This document shows, in pieces, positions 1-14,124 of a stretch of DNA of 64,000 nucleotides. Location of the stretch: NCBI GenBank assembly GCA_013239625.1, contig MU053365.1, forward strand, positions 1,522,115 through 1,586,114, in the 5' to 3' direction. Source of the DNA: Lama guanicoe (lineage: Eukaryota). The notes under the pieces were generated by a model. It did no database searches. It was not told the DNA's origin and worked only from the letters and a program-made list of their open reading frames with translations. Positions within the stretch are counted from its first letter, which is position 1. Each line of letters opens with the position of its first letter. The position numbers and the translations under genes are program-made.

Positions 1-544
1 TATTGGTAACATTTATTGAAGAGACTATCCTCATTGAGTATTCCTGGATTCCTTGTCTAGTATTAGCTGTTCATATATGCATGGGTTTATTTCTTGGTTC
101 TTGATTCTGTTCAGTTGGTTTGTGTATTTTTGCCAGTACCATTCAGTTGTGTTTTTGTACAATAACTGTGAACTATCTGAAAAAGAAAGAAAGAAAACTA
201 TCCCATTTATAATAGCATCAAAAACAATAAAACACTTAGTTATAAATTAACCAAGGAAGTGAAAGATCTATACACCAAAAACTATAAGACATTGATGAAA
301 TAAATTGAAGAAGATACAAATAAATGGGAAGATATTCCATGTTTATGAACTGGAAGAGTTAATATTGTTAAAATGTCCATACTACCCAAAGCCATCTACA
401 GAGTCATTGCAATCCCTATCAAAATTTCAGTGGAAAAACAAAAGACCCCAAATAACCAAAGCAATATTGAGAAAGAACAAAACTGGAAGCATCACACTTC
501 CTGATTTCAAAGTATGTTATAAAGCTGTAGTAGTCAAAACAGTA
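1..544. mobile_element. 5'-inverted L1 insertion (ORF2 fragment; 1-142 minus, ~143-544 plus)
   Basis: The plus part translates to L1 ORF2 ([34 protein letters not shown]). The minus part resumes at the next L1 position (atggtactggcaaaaatacac). Confidence 0.8.
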
Positions 545-2990
545 CTGGCAATATTCCTTTGTGTACATATAGCACAATTTGTTTATCCATTCACCAGTTG
601 GTTGGCGTTTGGATTGTTTCCAGATTTTAGGTATTATGAATAATGCTATTATGAGCATATAACATATTTGTATAAGTCATTATATGAAAATGTATTTTAA
701 TTTCTCTTGGGTAGATACCTAGGAGTAGATTTCCTGTCATAAAATAAGTGTATGCTAAACTTTGTAATAAACAGCCAAACTGTTTCCCAAAGTGTCTGTG
801 ACCATTCTACATTCCCACCAGCAATGTGTAAGGAATCCTGTTTCTGCATACCTTCACCAAAATTTGATGTTTTTAGTCTTTTTTAATTTATCCATACTAG
901 TGGGCATATAGTGATAGCACACAGTGTCATTAATTTGTATTTCCCTATTGACTAATACTTTTGAGCATCTATACAAGTACTTATTTGCTATTTGTATATC
1001 TTCTTTTCTAAAGTGTCCATTCAAGTGTTTTGTTCAGCCTCTTTTTGGACTGTTTGACTTATTAGCGAGTTATAAGAATCCTCTATATATTGTGGATACA
1101 AGTCCTTTACCACATACGTGTTTTGCAAATATTTTACCATGAACTTTGGCTTGTATTTTCATTTTAAAAGGACTGTGTTTTGAAGAGCTGAAGTTTTACT
1201 TCTGATAAAGTCCAATTTATCAAATTTTTTCTTTTATTTTTGCTTTTTGAATCTTATTTAATAATTGTGTCATTCAAAATCACATTTTACTCTAGTGTTC
1301 CTTCTAGTAAATGTATAGTTTTAGCTCTTACATTTAAGTTTTTTATCTCTTGTTAAATTTTTTCTTATGATGTGAGGAGATACTTGTGATTTATATTGAT
1401 TTTCTGTTTATCTTTGTCTTTCAGGAGTTTGAGTCGTATGATGTTTCTAGTTGTGATTCTCTTTATGAATATTTTATAGAGGGTTCATTAAACCTCACAG
1501 ATACTTAAGTTGATGGGTTTTTTAAAAGTAAAATTTAGGAGTTTTGGCTATTATTTCTTCAAATATCTTTATGCAAATCCCCCTTTTTTCCTTTTGGGAC
1601 ACCCATTACACATAGGTGGCATGCTTTACATTGTCTCATATAACTCTGATGCTCTGTTCATTTTTCTTTTGGCTTTTAAAGATATTTTAAAAATAGGATA
1701 ATTTTCTTGACCTATCTTCAAGTTTACTGTATTTATTTTGCAGTGTCAAATCTGCTGTTGAACCCAAGTAGTGACTCTTTCATGTAAGTCATTGTACTTT
1801 TAAAATCTTGAATTTCCGTTTTGTCCTTTTTTTTTATAGTTTTAATTGCTCTGTTGTAATTCCCAATTTTAAACTCACTGATAGCCCATTATCCCTTAGA
1901 TATTTACATATGTTCCCTTCAGTTCTTTGCACATGTTTATAATAGTTGTTTTGAGGTTATTGCTAAATCCAATATCTAAGTGCAGCTTGTTATACTGACT
2001 GTTTTTCTGGTGAGTATGAGTCACACTTTTCTTTGCATGTTGAGTAACTTTTGATTGATATAGATTATCTTATATAACATATTATAGCATTTCTGGCTTC
2101 TATTATATATTTTTCTAGTTTTTAAAAGCCATTTGTTTTTGTTTTTGTTTTAGTGACTTGCCTTGACTACTGTGGAGTCTGTCTCCTACACCTGGGTAGC
2201 CCCTGATGTCTCAGCTTAGTTTTCTTTTTTCCTCTTTAAAAATTTCTTATTTATATTTTTCAGTCTGGCTTCATAGGGATTGCACCTGTTTCTGTATAGG
2301 GCAGTCATCAGTCTTTGGTTTGGAAAAAGTTTGTGCTCAGATACTGTGAGCCCATCAAACCTCCATCCATTTGCATACTGAGCTGTGTCATTTCAGAAAT
2401 GCATTGAAAGTTGCATTCAGTTCTGAAGTTTGCCTTGGCTTTCATTTTCTTAATGATTTCTTCTGGGTCTCCCCAGTGCATGTGTGGTTTAGCAGTCAGC
2501 CAGGGTTGTGTGCAAGCTAATCACAGCCCTTCTATAGCTCTCTAATTTCTAGGATCACTTGTTAATTTTTTTCCTTGTCTGCTGTTCACCCTGAATCATT
2601 TCGGCATGGCTGGGCTTACAAGACCCTGGGCATTTCCTTTGTGCTCTGACATGACTCTGTCACTTTAAGCCAGCAAAGCCTTCAATTTTCTGCATTCCTC
2701 CTTCTCCCTACTAAAGCAATTTGAGTTCACCACCACTGGCTGCAGAAATGCTGTTTGTGTTTTTAGTCTCAAATCACTAAACCACAGCTTTGACAGCTGA
2801 GTGGACGGTGTATGGATGGCAGTAAGTCAAGGCAAGAAGTCCTAGATTCACAGTAGATTTAAAGCCATTTTCACCCAATGTTGTTGGGGTTTTCAAGAAT
2901 TTATGCTTCTCAATGTGTCTTTGTCTTTGTTCAGTTTCCTGTGTTTCAAAATAGTTTGAAATTAAAAATAAAAATTTATACTTGTTTTCT
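545..2990 (-). mobile_element. Old L1M fragments (ORF2 C-terminus, then ORF1/5' region)
   Basis: ORF 419..658 ([24 protein letters not shown]) matches the L1 ORF2 C-terminus; T-rich strand bias. Confidence 0.8.
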
Positions 2991-3230
2991 GCAGAAGGGG
3001 ATCTATTCTACCTTCTTGCATTGGCAGTACTGCCTGTGGTTGATTGTTAATTGTGAACTTAATTTGTTCTAAAAATACTAAAGTTTTATGTATTTTTTCT
3101 TGAATGAGCTCTAGCAGTATTATATTTGTTTTTCAAAACCTTTGTTTATTTAATTTAGGTTGTCAAAATTATTGGCATGAAGTTGTCTATAATCCTCATC
3201 TTTTTTCATGTGACCATACTTACTAATTTT

Positions 3231-6200
3231 AATAACTTTATTGAGGTATAATTGACAAAAAATAAACAGTACACAGTATGTTCTTCTCTTGACTGATTTT
3301 TAATCTGTATCCTTTAGCTGTAATAAACTGTGATCATGAAAAAAAATACACAATCTGATAAGTTTTGACATTTATTGACTTATGAAACTGTCACTGCAAT
3401 ATATCCATCCCCCTCGAGGGTTTTCTTGTGCCAGTTGGTAATTACTCTCTGTTGCTGTCTCCAGGACCCACCATCCCCAGACTGATTGGTTTCCATGAAT
3501 ATAGATTGGTTTGAATTTTTTAGAACTGCACATAAATTGGATCACATATATGTACCCTTTTCTCTATGGCTTCTTTCAGAGAGAATCATTAATTTCAGAT
3601 TCACCTGTGTTATTTCCCATATCAAATAGTAAATTCCTCTTAAATTCTGAGCAGTATTTTATTATATGGATGTAGCGCAGTATGATTATCAGTCTTTTGA
3701 TGCGCATTTGGGTTGGTTTCATCTTTTGATCATTACAAACAAAGCTACCATGAACATTTGTTTACAGGTTCTTAAATGGACATTACTGTTTAGTAAAGAC
3801 CTAGGATTGGATTGTCTAGATCATATGAGAGATATATGATTAAAGTTTTAGGAAACTGCCATACTGTTTTCCAAAGTGTTTGTACCTTTTTATATTCCTA
3901 CCAGCTGTGTATGAGAATTTCAGTTCCTCCATATCCTTGCCAAAATTGACGTGATCAGTCTTTTTAATTTTAGCTTTTGTAAGTATGTATCAGTATCTCA
4001 CTGTAGTTTTAGCTTGTATTTCTTAGACTAACGATGTTGAACATCTTTTTCTTCTTTTTTTCTTAATCTTATATCTTCTTCCTGACATGCTTCTTCAAAT
4101 CTTATGTCCATTTTTATTGTGTTGTTTGTTTTCTTATTGTTAAGTTTTGGGGGTTCTTTATGTATTTTGAAAACAAGTTCTTTATTAGATGTGTGCATTG
4201 CAAATATTTTTCTCCCAACCTGTTGTTGGTCTTTAAAAACTCTCAACAGTATTATCTGAAGAACACAAATTTTTAGTATAAGGCATTCAATTGGTAATTT
4301 TTGTTTTGAGCTGTGCTTTTGATGTTGTATCTAGCAAATATTTGCCTAACTCAAGGTCATATTTTTTTCCTCTCTTCTTCTAGAAGTTTTATAGTTTTGG
4401 CTTCTACATGTAGGTCTCTGATCCATTTTGAGTTAAATTTTATATACGATGTAAAATATAGACTTAATTATTTTTTTGTTGCTTGTGGATATCCACTTGT
4501 TTCAGCACCCTTTGGTGAATAAACTATTTTCCTTTAATGAATTGTCTTTGTGCCTCTGTTGAAAATCAGTTGGCCATAAATGTATCCTCTGTTTCTGAAT
4601 TCTGTCTTCTATCTATTGATACATTAGTATATCTATATACAAGTAATATAATGTGTTGGTTACTGTAGCTTTAAAATAAGCCTTGAAATAAAGTTCTCCA
4701 ACTTTGTCCTTTATCAAAATTATTTTGATAATTAAAGCTATTTTGCATTTTCATGTGGATATTAGGATAAGTTTATTAATTTCTATCAAAAATGCCGGCT
4801 GTAATTTGATTGAGATTACATTGACCCTATAGATAAAATTGAAGGTAATTGACAGCCTAACAATATTTGAGTCTTCTGACCCATAAACATATCATTCCAC
4901 TTACTTAGATCTTTAGTTTCTCTGAGGAAATTTTGTAGCTTTCAATGTATAGGCCCTGCATAGTTTTCATTAGATTTATGCATGAATAGTTTGTTTTTGA
5001 TTATATAGTAAATAGTATTTTAATGACACATTTCAGTTGTTTGTTGAACATTTCAATTGATTGTTGTATGTTCCAATCATAATTTTTGAAAGTTGTTTTT
5101 CTTGTGTTATCTTACTAGCTAATACCACCAGTTCAATGATGAATAGTAGTAGTAGAACAGAAATCCTTGTCATATCCTGGATATTATCAGGAAGGCATTC
5201 AGTGTTTCACCTCTAAGTCATATATTAATTGTAGTGTTTTTTTTTTAAAGTAAAGCCCCTTTATCAGGTTAGAAAGTTTCTTTCTATTTCTAATTAGCTG
5301 AGAAATTTTTAACTGGAAAGGATTTGTTTTTTTTCAAATGAGTGTTCTAAGTCTACTAAGATGATGATGTGGGTTTTCTTCTTTGTTCTGTTGATTGACT
5401 TTCATATGTTAAGTGAATTTTGCATTTCTAAGTTAAAATCCTTTTGTTCATAACATGTAATTGTTTCATATATTGCTGGATTTGTTAAATATTTTTTATT
5501 TTTTATTTTTCTTTTATTTAATTTTTTGCATGTAAGTCCATGAGGTATGTTTATCTGTATTTTTTTCCTCAAAATATCTTTGTCTGGGTTTGGTACCAAA
5601 GTAATGCAGGCTTTATGTAATGAGTTTGGGATTGCCTTTTTTCAATTTTCCGAAAGAGTTTATATAGAATTTTATGTAGAATTGGTATATTTTCCTCCTT
5701 AAATGTTTGTTAAAATTCACTAGTATAGCTGTCTGGGCCTGGAGTTTTATTATGGAAAGGATTTTTATTACTGTAGTTGACTCTTGAACAACGGGGGTTT
5801 GAACTGCGCAGGTCCCCTTACACAGGGATTTTCTTTTTGTATGCCACAGTACTACACGGTTTGTGGTTGGTGAATCCATGGATGTAGAACCACGGATATG
5901 GAGGGCCAGTGGTAAAGTTATATATGGATTTTCAACTATGCAGGGGGTTGGCACCCCAGCCCCCCCACTGTTCAAGGGTAAGCTTGAATTCAATTTGTTC
6001 AATAGATATGGAGCCATTCGGGTTATCTGTTTCTTATGTGATTTTTATTCATTTGTATCTTTCAAAGCATTTGATAATTTCAACCGAATTGTCAAATTTC
6101 TTGTCATAAAGTTATTTATAATATTGTTTATCTTTTTTAATATTGTGTAATCTGTACTTAAGTCATTTTCTCACTCCTGATGCATGTTAATTTGTATTTT

Positions 6201-6920
6201 TCTTCTTTTTTCCTGATCAATTTGGCTAGAGGTTTGTTGATTTTATTGCCTTTTCTCAAAGAATTAACCTTTGTTTTTTTCTATTGTATTTCCTGTTTTC
6301 TCTTATATTTATTCCCACAATTACCATTATTATTTCCTTTCTTCTGATTACTTTGGGTTTAATTTACTCTTTTTTAAAAAAAATTCTAGTCCCCCCCCCC
6401 CAGTTTTGAGATGTAATTGACATATAACATTGTATCAGTTTAAGATGTCTCTCTAGTTTCTTAATGTGGAAATTGAGGTCCTTGGTTTGAAACCTTTCTT
6501 TACTTCTAATATATGCATAGAATTATGAATTTCTCCAACATATTGCTTTAGCAAAATCCTACAAATTTTGAATGGACAGTAGTGTAATTTTCATTCACTT
6601 CAAAATAATTTTTTAATTTTCCTTGTGACTTCTTGGTCCCAGAAATTATTTAGGAGTTTTTAATTTTTCTCCAAATATTTGAAAGATTTTCCAGAAACGT
6701 TTGTTACTGATTTCTAATTTTATTCTATTGTGGTCAGAAAATATAATATGTGTGACTAGAATCTATTTAAATCTATTGAAGCTTGTTTTATGGCCCAGAA
6801 TGTAATCTATGTTTATGAATATCTTTTGTGCACTAGAGAAGATTATGAATCCTGCTACTGTTGGGTTGGCTGTTCTATAAATGTCAATGAAGCCAATTAG
6901 GTAATCCTGCCATTCAATTT
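3231..6920 (-). mobile_element. Old L1 (L1MB/MC-like) 3' UTR and ORF2, nested in an older L1
   Basis: 3' end signature aactttattgaggtataattgac and colinear ORF2 remnants. The same L1 region recurs at ~6460-6900 and ~6980-7330, implying two elements. Confidence 0.8.
5774..5985 (+). mobile_element. Tigger2-type non-autonomous DNA transposon (MITE)
   Basis: Terminal inverted repeats tagttgactcttgaaca... / ...tgttcaagggtaagct. GC-richer island inside L1. Confidence 0.8.
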
Positions 6921-8080
6921 TTCCATACTTTCATTTCTCTTTTCGTTTACTTTCTGTCCAATTTGATCTTTTTCTAATTTCCCAATGTGGAAGATTAAAT
7001 CATTAATTTTTAAAAAACTTTCTTCTTTTCTAATGAAGGATTTACTGCTTTACATTTTCACATAAGCACTGCTTTATCTGCCTACTACAAAGTTTGGTTT
7101 ATTTTGTTTTCATTTACATTTAGTTCAAAATGATTTCTGATTACTTGTGATTTCTTATTTGGGCCGTGGGTTATTTAGTGGTGCATTTTTAAATTTATAA
7201 ATATTTGCTTATTTTCTCGATTTCTTTCTACTATTTAGTTCTAATTTAATTTTGTTTTGGTCAGAGAACATCAAATGATTCCTCTCCTGTTTTTAAAATG
7301 GGGTGTCATATAAATGCCAAATAAGTTAATTAGGTTGATAACTTGTTCAAATCTTGTATGTAATTATTGACTTGCTATCATCTTATTCTCTTAATTGTTA
7401 ATAGAGGGGTCTTACAGTCTCCAACTAGAATTGTGGTCTGTTCTGTTTCTTCTTTCACTTCATTTATTGCAAAGATCTTTCAATCAGTGCATACACATTT
7501 AGGGTTATTATATCCTTTGAAAAAATTGACCTCTTTATCATTACTAAACAACTCTTTTGAATCCTTGGTAATATTCCATGCTCTGAAATATACTTTGTCT
7601 GATATTATTATAGTTTTCCTCTGCTTCCTTTAACTAGTGTTAGCATATGTTTTTTCTTTGTTTTTGTTGATAGCATATAATTGTGTTTTGCTTTTTAATC
7701 AAATATTATAATGTATTTTATTTAGCATGTTACATTAATTTAAATGTAACTACTAATATGCTTTCTATTTGTTTTCTATGTGTCCCATCTACTCTTTTAC
7801 TCCCTTTTCTTTTAATCTGTCCTGTTTTGTTTTAGACTGAATATTAGTATTAAGGGTATTATTTCCTTCATTGGCTTGTTAGCGATACCACTATTTTTAA
7901 AGTGTTTAAACGAGAATTTGTAGTATACAACTTTAACCAAATTCTATTTTCAAATAACAAACCACTTCTCATATAGTGTTGAGCAGTTATAATAATATAA
8001 TTTCATTTCCTTCCTTTTTGCACTTATGGTATTGTCCTATATTTTATTTCCTCATGTATTATAATCTCACAATCCATTAT
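6920..8080 (-). mobile_element. Older L1M ORF2 5' (endonuclease) region
   Basis: Degenerate L1 EN-region sequence (cttacagtctccaactagaattgtgg...). Confidence 0.7.
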
Positions 8081-8103
8081 TATTAAATTGACAACCAAAA
8101 TAC

Positions 8104-8310
8104 CATGTTAATGACTGATATTAACTGTGTGAATGAATGAAAGGTGGTAGGAAAACATTGTGCAAAGGTTGCCCTTTTTTTTGTATTAAGGTTGGAAATG
8201 AGAAAATGTATAATGTATTGATGGGAAAGATCCAGTTTTCCCAGAGGGAAAATCTTAACTCCTTTTGTAAATAGAATCTTGAAGATTAAAGATTTTACAA
8301 CAAAACCTTT
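8104..8310 (-). pseudogene. Possible exon E27 (207 nt, open)
   Basis: ttttttgtgctttccaattaag| KGFVVKSLIFKILFTKGVKIFPLGKLDL...VINM |gtattt. 69 open codons in very AT-rich DNA. Confidence 0.4.
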
Positions 8311-9010
8311 CTTAATTGGAAAGCACAAAAAGAATTGAGTAGTTAGGATCCTAATATAATTTCTCAATAGATCAACAACCCCACATTTAAAAAGAAAACA
8401 ATGAACAAAGGAAACTATTTAGCACTGGAAGAAATGAAATACACTTTGCCTCTTCTTATAATAAACAATTTTGAGGGATAGTACCTAAAGGAGATGGGTA
8501 TAGTTATAAGATTAGCCTCATTTCTCCACTTGTCTCTTTAGGTCATTGGCTCATTCTCTTTCTGAAAATTAAACTCAAATATTCTCCATGGTTAAAGAGA
8601 AGAGTTTCCAAGATACTAATCCCTGGTTAAACATGAAACAAACAAACAAAAAAGTTAATTCCCTGAATTGTGATAGCAACTTCCAAGCCACACACAAATC
8701 CAGTGGTAAAAGGTAATAATCTTATGTGCTAAGAGGGATTAAGCAGAACTTTTGACTCATACTATTATTATGCTAAAAATAAAAGGTGCTAGGATAATAA
8801 TTTCCATAATGTAAAACAAATTATATCACAGTGGGGAGTGAGTCAAAGCAGCCAATATATGTACTTAGTTGAGTATCAGGGTATTGTGTGATTGTTTTCA
8901 AAATAATGCTGTAATGGCAACTTTAGGTAAATTTATTTGTAACAAAGTTAGTTTTTGCCTATTCTTGTATCAATAATTCTAATTAAATTTGTTATCAAGG
9001 ATAATTTAGG

Positions 9011-9030
9011 TCAATATATTTTTACTTCAC
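9011..9030 (-). pseudogene. Candidate exon E26 start (GEVKIY*)
   Basis: ttttacacttgtatttataag| in phase with E25. The TGA may be the natural stop or a lesion. Confidence 0.45.
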
Positions 9031-9360
9031 CTTATAAATACAAGTGTAAAATTAAGGCAGGTGAAAGGAAGATAGAGAAACAGAATGTGTATTTTGCTTA
9101 TGAAATACCAGGGCCAATTTTGTATCTTGAATTTCCCCAGCAGACAATAATACCCTAAACTAGGCTTAGTTCCAAAAGCCAAAATTATGTTATTAATCAG
9201 AAATTGTTGCCTCATTTATGATTCTCAGGTGTGTGTTTCAAATGCTTTTGTTTGCATGTCTGAAGTTATATAAAGAGAAACTAATACACAAGAAGCCATA
9301 ACTTAAATCAATGTACATCAGTACAATTCAGTAATCAGACATCACTGCAGAAATTCTTAC

Positions 9361-9398
9361 CTGTAACTTCCTGGCCTTTGTTTTTCTTCAATGGATTA
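9361..9398 (-). pseudogene. Candidate exon E25 (38 nt, phase 2->1, open)
   Basis: ttctaac branch-like site plus tctctctttcatccataattatag| NPLKKNKGQEVT CAG|gtaaga. Confidence 0.7.
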
Positions 9399-11914
9399 CT
9401 ATAATTATGGATGAAAGAGAGAATGTTAGAACCATATTCTGTGATCCAGTAAAATACAAGAGTGACTGTGTTTGTGTAATCTCTTCAGTCTGAGCTGTAA
9501 GTGCTTAAACTGGCTGGGGAAGGGCAGGAGAAGTTTCTTCTTTTTAGAGCTGCTATGATTCTTCAGACTTCTGGTGCAAAATAGACAGACCAAGAAGGTA
9601 TCTGCAACTACAACTCATCCCTACTTTTCCCTCTAAAGGATCCTGAGACCCCTGATGGTATTGAAGTGTTAGCTTCCATTATGCTAAAAAAATAACATAT
9701 AGTTAAGTCATGCTAATGATAGGTATTTTAGATGCTACTACAATCGATTTCATTCAAGCTTAGGCACATTGAAAGTTGCAATACAGTTAACTGTGTTAGG
9801 AGCGTAAGGACTGAAAATGTTGACCTCTAGAGTGGCTGAGTGTGGAATGCGGAGAAAATGAAAACAAAACACAGATATTTAAAGTTTCCAGAAATTGTCC
9901 TAAGGACATACAATAAACAGAAAAACATTCATCAAGAAAATCCACTAAGTTTTGGTAGTAAGAGTTGAGAGTTTGTGGCATTTGAGACATGACCCACTCC
10001 CTTCCCCAAACTCCAAACTCCAAACTCCATCTTATAGAAACTACTTAAGGTTTGTACTGTGGGCAAGTGTGGCCAAGAAGATGGGATCCTCTCCCCCCTT
10101 TAACTGGCAGTTTGGCGTTATGATTTCAGCTCAGGAGGTACAGGGCACCAGCATTTCTCATATCCTCCAACGCTGATCTACAGAGGCTAAGATCAGAGGC
10201 TCTCTTTCCTCATCCAGCCATTGCACGCTGAGAATTCTCATTCTGGACTCTGATATTTTCTACACCAGCTGGCTCAAAGAGTGGAGCTTCCATGCTGAAA
10301 GAAGCAAGCCAAGAAGCCTAGGGGCCACTACTGGCCCCATGCTGCACCTGTTAGTAGAGCAAGGTGTCACTCTGAGAGAAGAAGGCTTCTGTCCCAACTC
10401 CCAGCTCCTTATCGTGGCATATATGTTCCACCCAGGGAGGAAGCAGGCTATAATGACAAAGTCGTCCAGAAATCTACACGAGGAGACTCACTACTTGGAA
10501 CAAAGTGAGGAGAGCCCCATGCAGAGAACTGCCAAAAAACAATTGTGATCTTGGTGGATTGCAGTTAAGAAGATGCTCATAGCTTCATTGTCAAAGAAGT
10601 CAGAAGTTTAACAGAGGGGACTAGGGAAAGAGACAGCCAAGGAGAACCCTCTTGGGATCACAGTCAATTCTAGGGGACAGGAAGATTGCACACTCACTAA
10701 GGTATCCTCATCTAGGAGCAATCAGAACAGGACATGGGGCAGACTTGAAAGCATTCCCTAAATCATACACAGATCCATCAACAAATAGTGTCTCACTAGA
10801 AATAAGCACGACCTCTGACTGAACGCTGGCTGAATACTGAGCTGTTCTGACCCAGGAGCAACTCTTAGGAAGTCAGGCTTAAAAATAAAATCACATATAT
10901 TTCTGGTAGTTTGGATGACTGTGCATCTGCAAGGCTGGACACTTTCAGGAGAGATCAGAGGGGGAATTTCCAAGCTACTAATCCCTGGTTAAACATGAAA
11001 CAAACAAACAAGTTAATTTGCTGAATCGTGGTTAGCAACTTCCAAGCCACACACAAATCCAGTGGTAAAAGGCAGTAATGTAACATGCTAAGAGGGATTA
11101 AGCAAAACTTTTGACTAATAAGTAGCTTATGACAAACCTAGGAGCAGCCTTTGGGTAGCTAGGCTAAAATATAAAAATGAGGAAAAAAATATGTACAAAG
11201 GCATCAGATTTTGCACATTTCAGGGAAAGTAGACTTTGCAGAATTAGTCCAACCGAGTCATTAAACAAACAACAACAAAGCAAACAACAGCAGGTGCTGT
11301 GGGTATCAATATCCAGAACTGCTGTGTTATCTAAAATGTCCAGATTTCAACAAAAAATGTAAGGCATGCAAAAAAATGAAAAAAAAGGCAAGCAATAAGA
11401 ACTGCTTTTTGAAAGAGGCCAGATGTTGTATATACAACTGTAAAGCAGCCATTTTAAATATGTTCAAAGAACTGAAAGAGGCCACGTCTAAAAATTAAAA
11501 GAAGACATGATGACAGTGTCTTATTAAATAAAGAATATTGATAGAGACAGAATTTCCAAAAAAAAAAAGTGAAAATTCTGGAGTTAAAAAAGTATAATAT
11601 CATCAAAATGAAAAGTCACTATGGATCTCAGAAAATAAATTTGAATTAGCTGGAGTCAGTGGACTTGAAGATAGAGCAATAGATACTATGGAGTCTGAAT
11701 AACAGGAAAAAAATGACCAGAGCTTTAGAAAAATGTAGAACACCAAGATCTACACAAAAATATGTAAAAAAGGTGTATCAAGGTGGAAAGAGAAAGAAGC
11801 AGAAAAATATTCAAAGAAATAAAGTCTGAAAATTTGCAGAATTTGATGAAAATTATTATTCTGTACATCCAAAAGGTACAACCAACTCCAAGTAGGATAA
11901 ACATGGAGATTCAC

Positions 11915-12071
11915 GGGGGGAGGGTGTAGTTCAGTGGCAGAGTACGTGCTTAGCATGCACAGGGTCCTGGGTTCAGTCCCTAGTACCTCCATTAAAATAA
12001 ATAAATAAATAAATAAATACCTAATTACCCCCCCCAAAAAAACCCTAAAAAATAAAGTAAAAAAAAATTAA
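11915..12071 (+). mobile_element. tRNA-Ala-derived SINE (camelid Vic-1-like)
   Basis: tRNA-like head with A/B boxes, then (AAAT)n, a C-run and an A tail. TSD aaacatggagattcac (11899-11914) / aaacatgtagatctac (12072-12087). Confidence 0.9.
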
Positions 12072-12289
12072 AAACATGTAGATCTACACAGACAAGTCAT
12101 AGTTAAAATATTGAAAGTCAAAGAAAGCAATAAGAGAAAAATGACATGCATAAAGATTAAAGCAGAAATAAATGAAATAAAAGATAGAAAAACAATAGAG
12201 AAAATCAATTAAGGAAGAAAAAGAGTAGAAATTATCCAGATTAGAAAAGAAGAAATAAATTACCTCTGTTAGCATAAAGTCTTTTCTTG

Positions 12290-12565
12290 CATATAGAGTA
12301 CAAACTTGTGGTTGCCAAGGGGAAGGGGGTGGGAAGGGACAGACTGGGAGTTCAGCATTTGTAGATACTGACAGACATATGCAGAATAGATAAGCAAGAT
12401 TATTATGTATAGCACAGAGAAATATATACAAGATCTTATGGTAGCTCACAGTGAAAAAAAATGTGACAATGAATATATGTATGTTCATGTATAACTGAAA
12501 AATTGTGCTCTACACTGGAATTTGACGCAACATTGTAAAATGACTATAAATAGTGTTAAAAAAAG
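12290..12565 (+). mobile_element. Young lineage-specific L1 3' end
   Basis: acaaacttgtggttgccaaggggaagg...acattgtaaaatgactataaat; closely similar to the reverse complement of 15254-15628. Confidence 0.8.
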
Positions 12566-14124
12566 AAAATGCTAAATAATCCATTTAAAAAACTATTGGA
12601 ACTAATAAACAAGTTCAGCAAGATTACAGGATACAAGATCAATATACAATAATCAATTGTATTTCTGTACCCTCACACTGTCAATCTGAAAATAAAATTA
12701 AGAAAACAATTCAATTTTTAGTAACACCAGAAAAAATAAAATACTTGGGAATACTTTTAACAAAAGAAGTACGAAATTATACACTGAATACTACAAACAC
12801 AATGAAAAGAAATAAAGAAGTTTTAAATAAATGGAAAAACATTTCATGTTTATCGAACACAAGACTTAATATTGCTTCAATGGCAATACTCCCTAAATTG
12901 ATCTATAGTCTCAAACAATCCCTCTCAAAACACTAGCTTACTTTTTTTTGAAGAAATTCACTAGCCAATCAAAAAAGTCATATGGACATCTGAGAGACTC
13001 ACAATAGGCAAACAATTTTGAAAAGATAAGGTTGGAGGACTTGCACTTTCCAATTTCAGAACTCATTACCTAGCTGCAGTAATCAATCAAGAGTGTGATA
13101 CTGGCATAAGTGTAGACATATAGATCAATGGAATAAAGTTGAGATTCTAGAAATAAACCCTTATGTTTATGGTCAGCTGAGTTTTGAAGGGTGCTAAGAC
13201 AATGCAATAGAAGAAGGATAGTCTTTTTAACGACTATAGTGTAACAACTGGGTAGCCACATGCAAAAGAATGAAATTAGATCTTTCCTTACACCTTACAC
13301 TGAAATTAACTCAAAATGCCTCATTGACCTGCATGTAACCAGCTTAAAAGAATACATAGGAATACATCTTCACCTTGGATTAGGCAAATGACAAAAGGAA
13401 AAAAATAAATTGGACTACATCAAAATTAAAAACTTTTTGCTGCAAATGATACTATAAAGGGGGTGAAAAGGGGATTCACAGAAAGGGAGAAAATATTTGA
13501 AAATCATATATCTGATAAGGCCCTGAATATCTGCAATGTATAAAGAACAGTTACAACACTATATAAAAAGACAACTCAGTTAAAATATGGAAGAGGATTT
13601 GAATGTACATTTCTTTAAAGCATTTATGCAATTTGCCAGTTAGTACATGACATATTCAAAGAAAATATAGTTAGTCAGTAGGAAATCAAAATTAAAATGC
13701 AAATCAAAACCACAATGAGATACCACTTCATACACAGTAGGACAACTATAATCTAAGAAAAGGGACAGTAACAAATATTGATGAGGACGTGGAGAAATTG
13801 AGACCTTTGTATATATGGTATCTTGCAGTCACACAAGGGGTGTAAGTATGTATAATGGAGCATCATTATGGAGACGTAAATTTAAGCTGATGTAGCACAA
13901 CTGGTACTTTCAGACTTCTATATAGTCATTCTGTTTTCCTTCTATTTTCTCTATCTACTTTCAGTCTAAAATTAATGATCTACATGATTTTAAGGAATTT
14001 TACAGAAATAATCTGATATGTCCAAAATATTAAACCATCCTTGTTGCAGTTAGCCTTAAAGAGCATCCATCATAAACATGTCACCCTGAAATTTCATGTG
14101 TGGAACATAAAATTTAGGGGAGAT

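Larger units (their letters stand above)
9797..13810 (+). mobile_element. Old L1M with long 5' UTR, ORF1 remnant and internally deleted ORF2
   Basis: ORF2 peptides (KWKNISCLSNTRLNIASMAILPKLIYS); ORF1-like A-rich region ~11400-12150; gaaatgcaaatcaaaaccacaatgagatacc-type motif near 13700. Confidence 0.8.

Noticed and set aside
11915..11990. tRNA-Ala(AGC)-like sequence (also at 30540)
   Set aside because: Followed by a SINE body, A-rich tail and TSDs, and diverged from a canonical cloverleaf, so it is a SINE rather than a tRNA gene.
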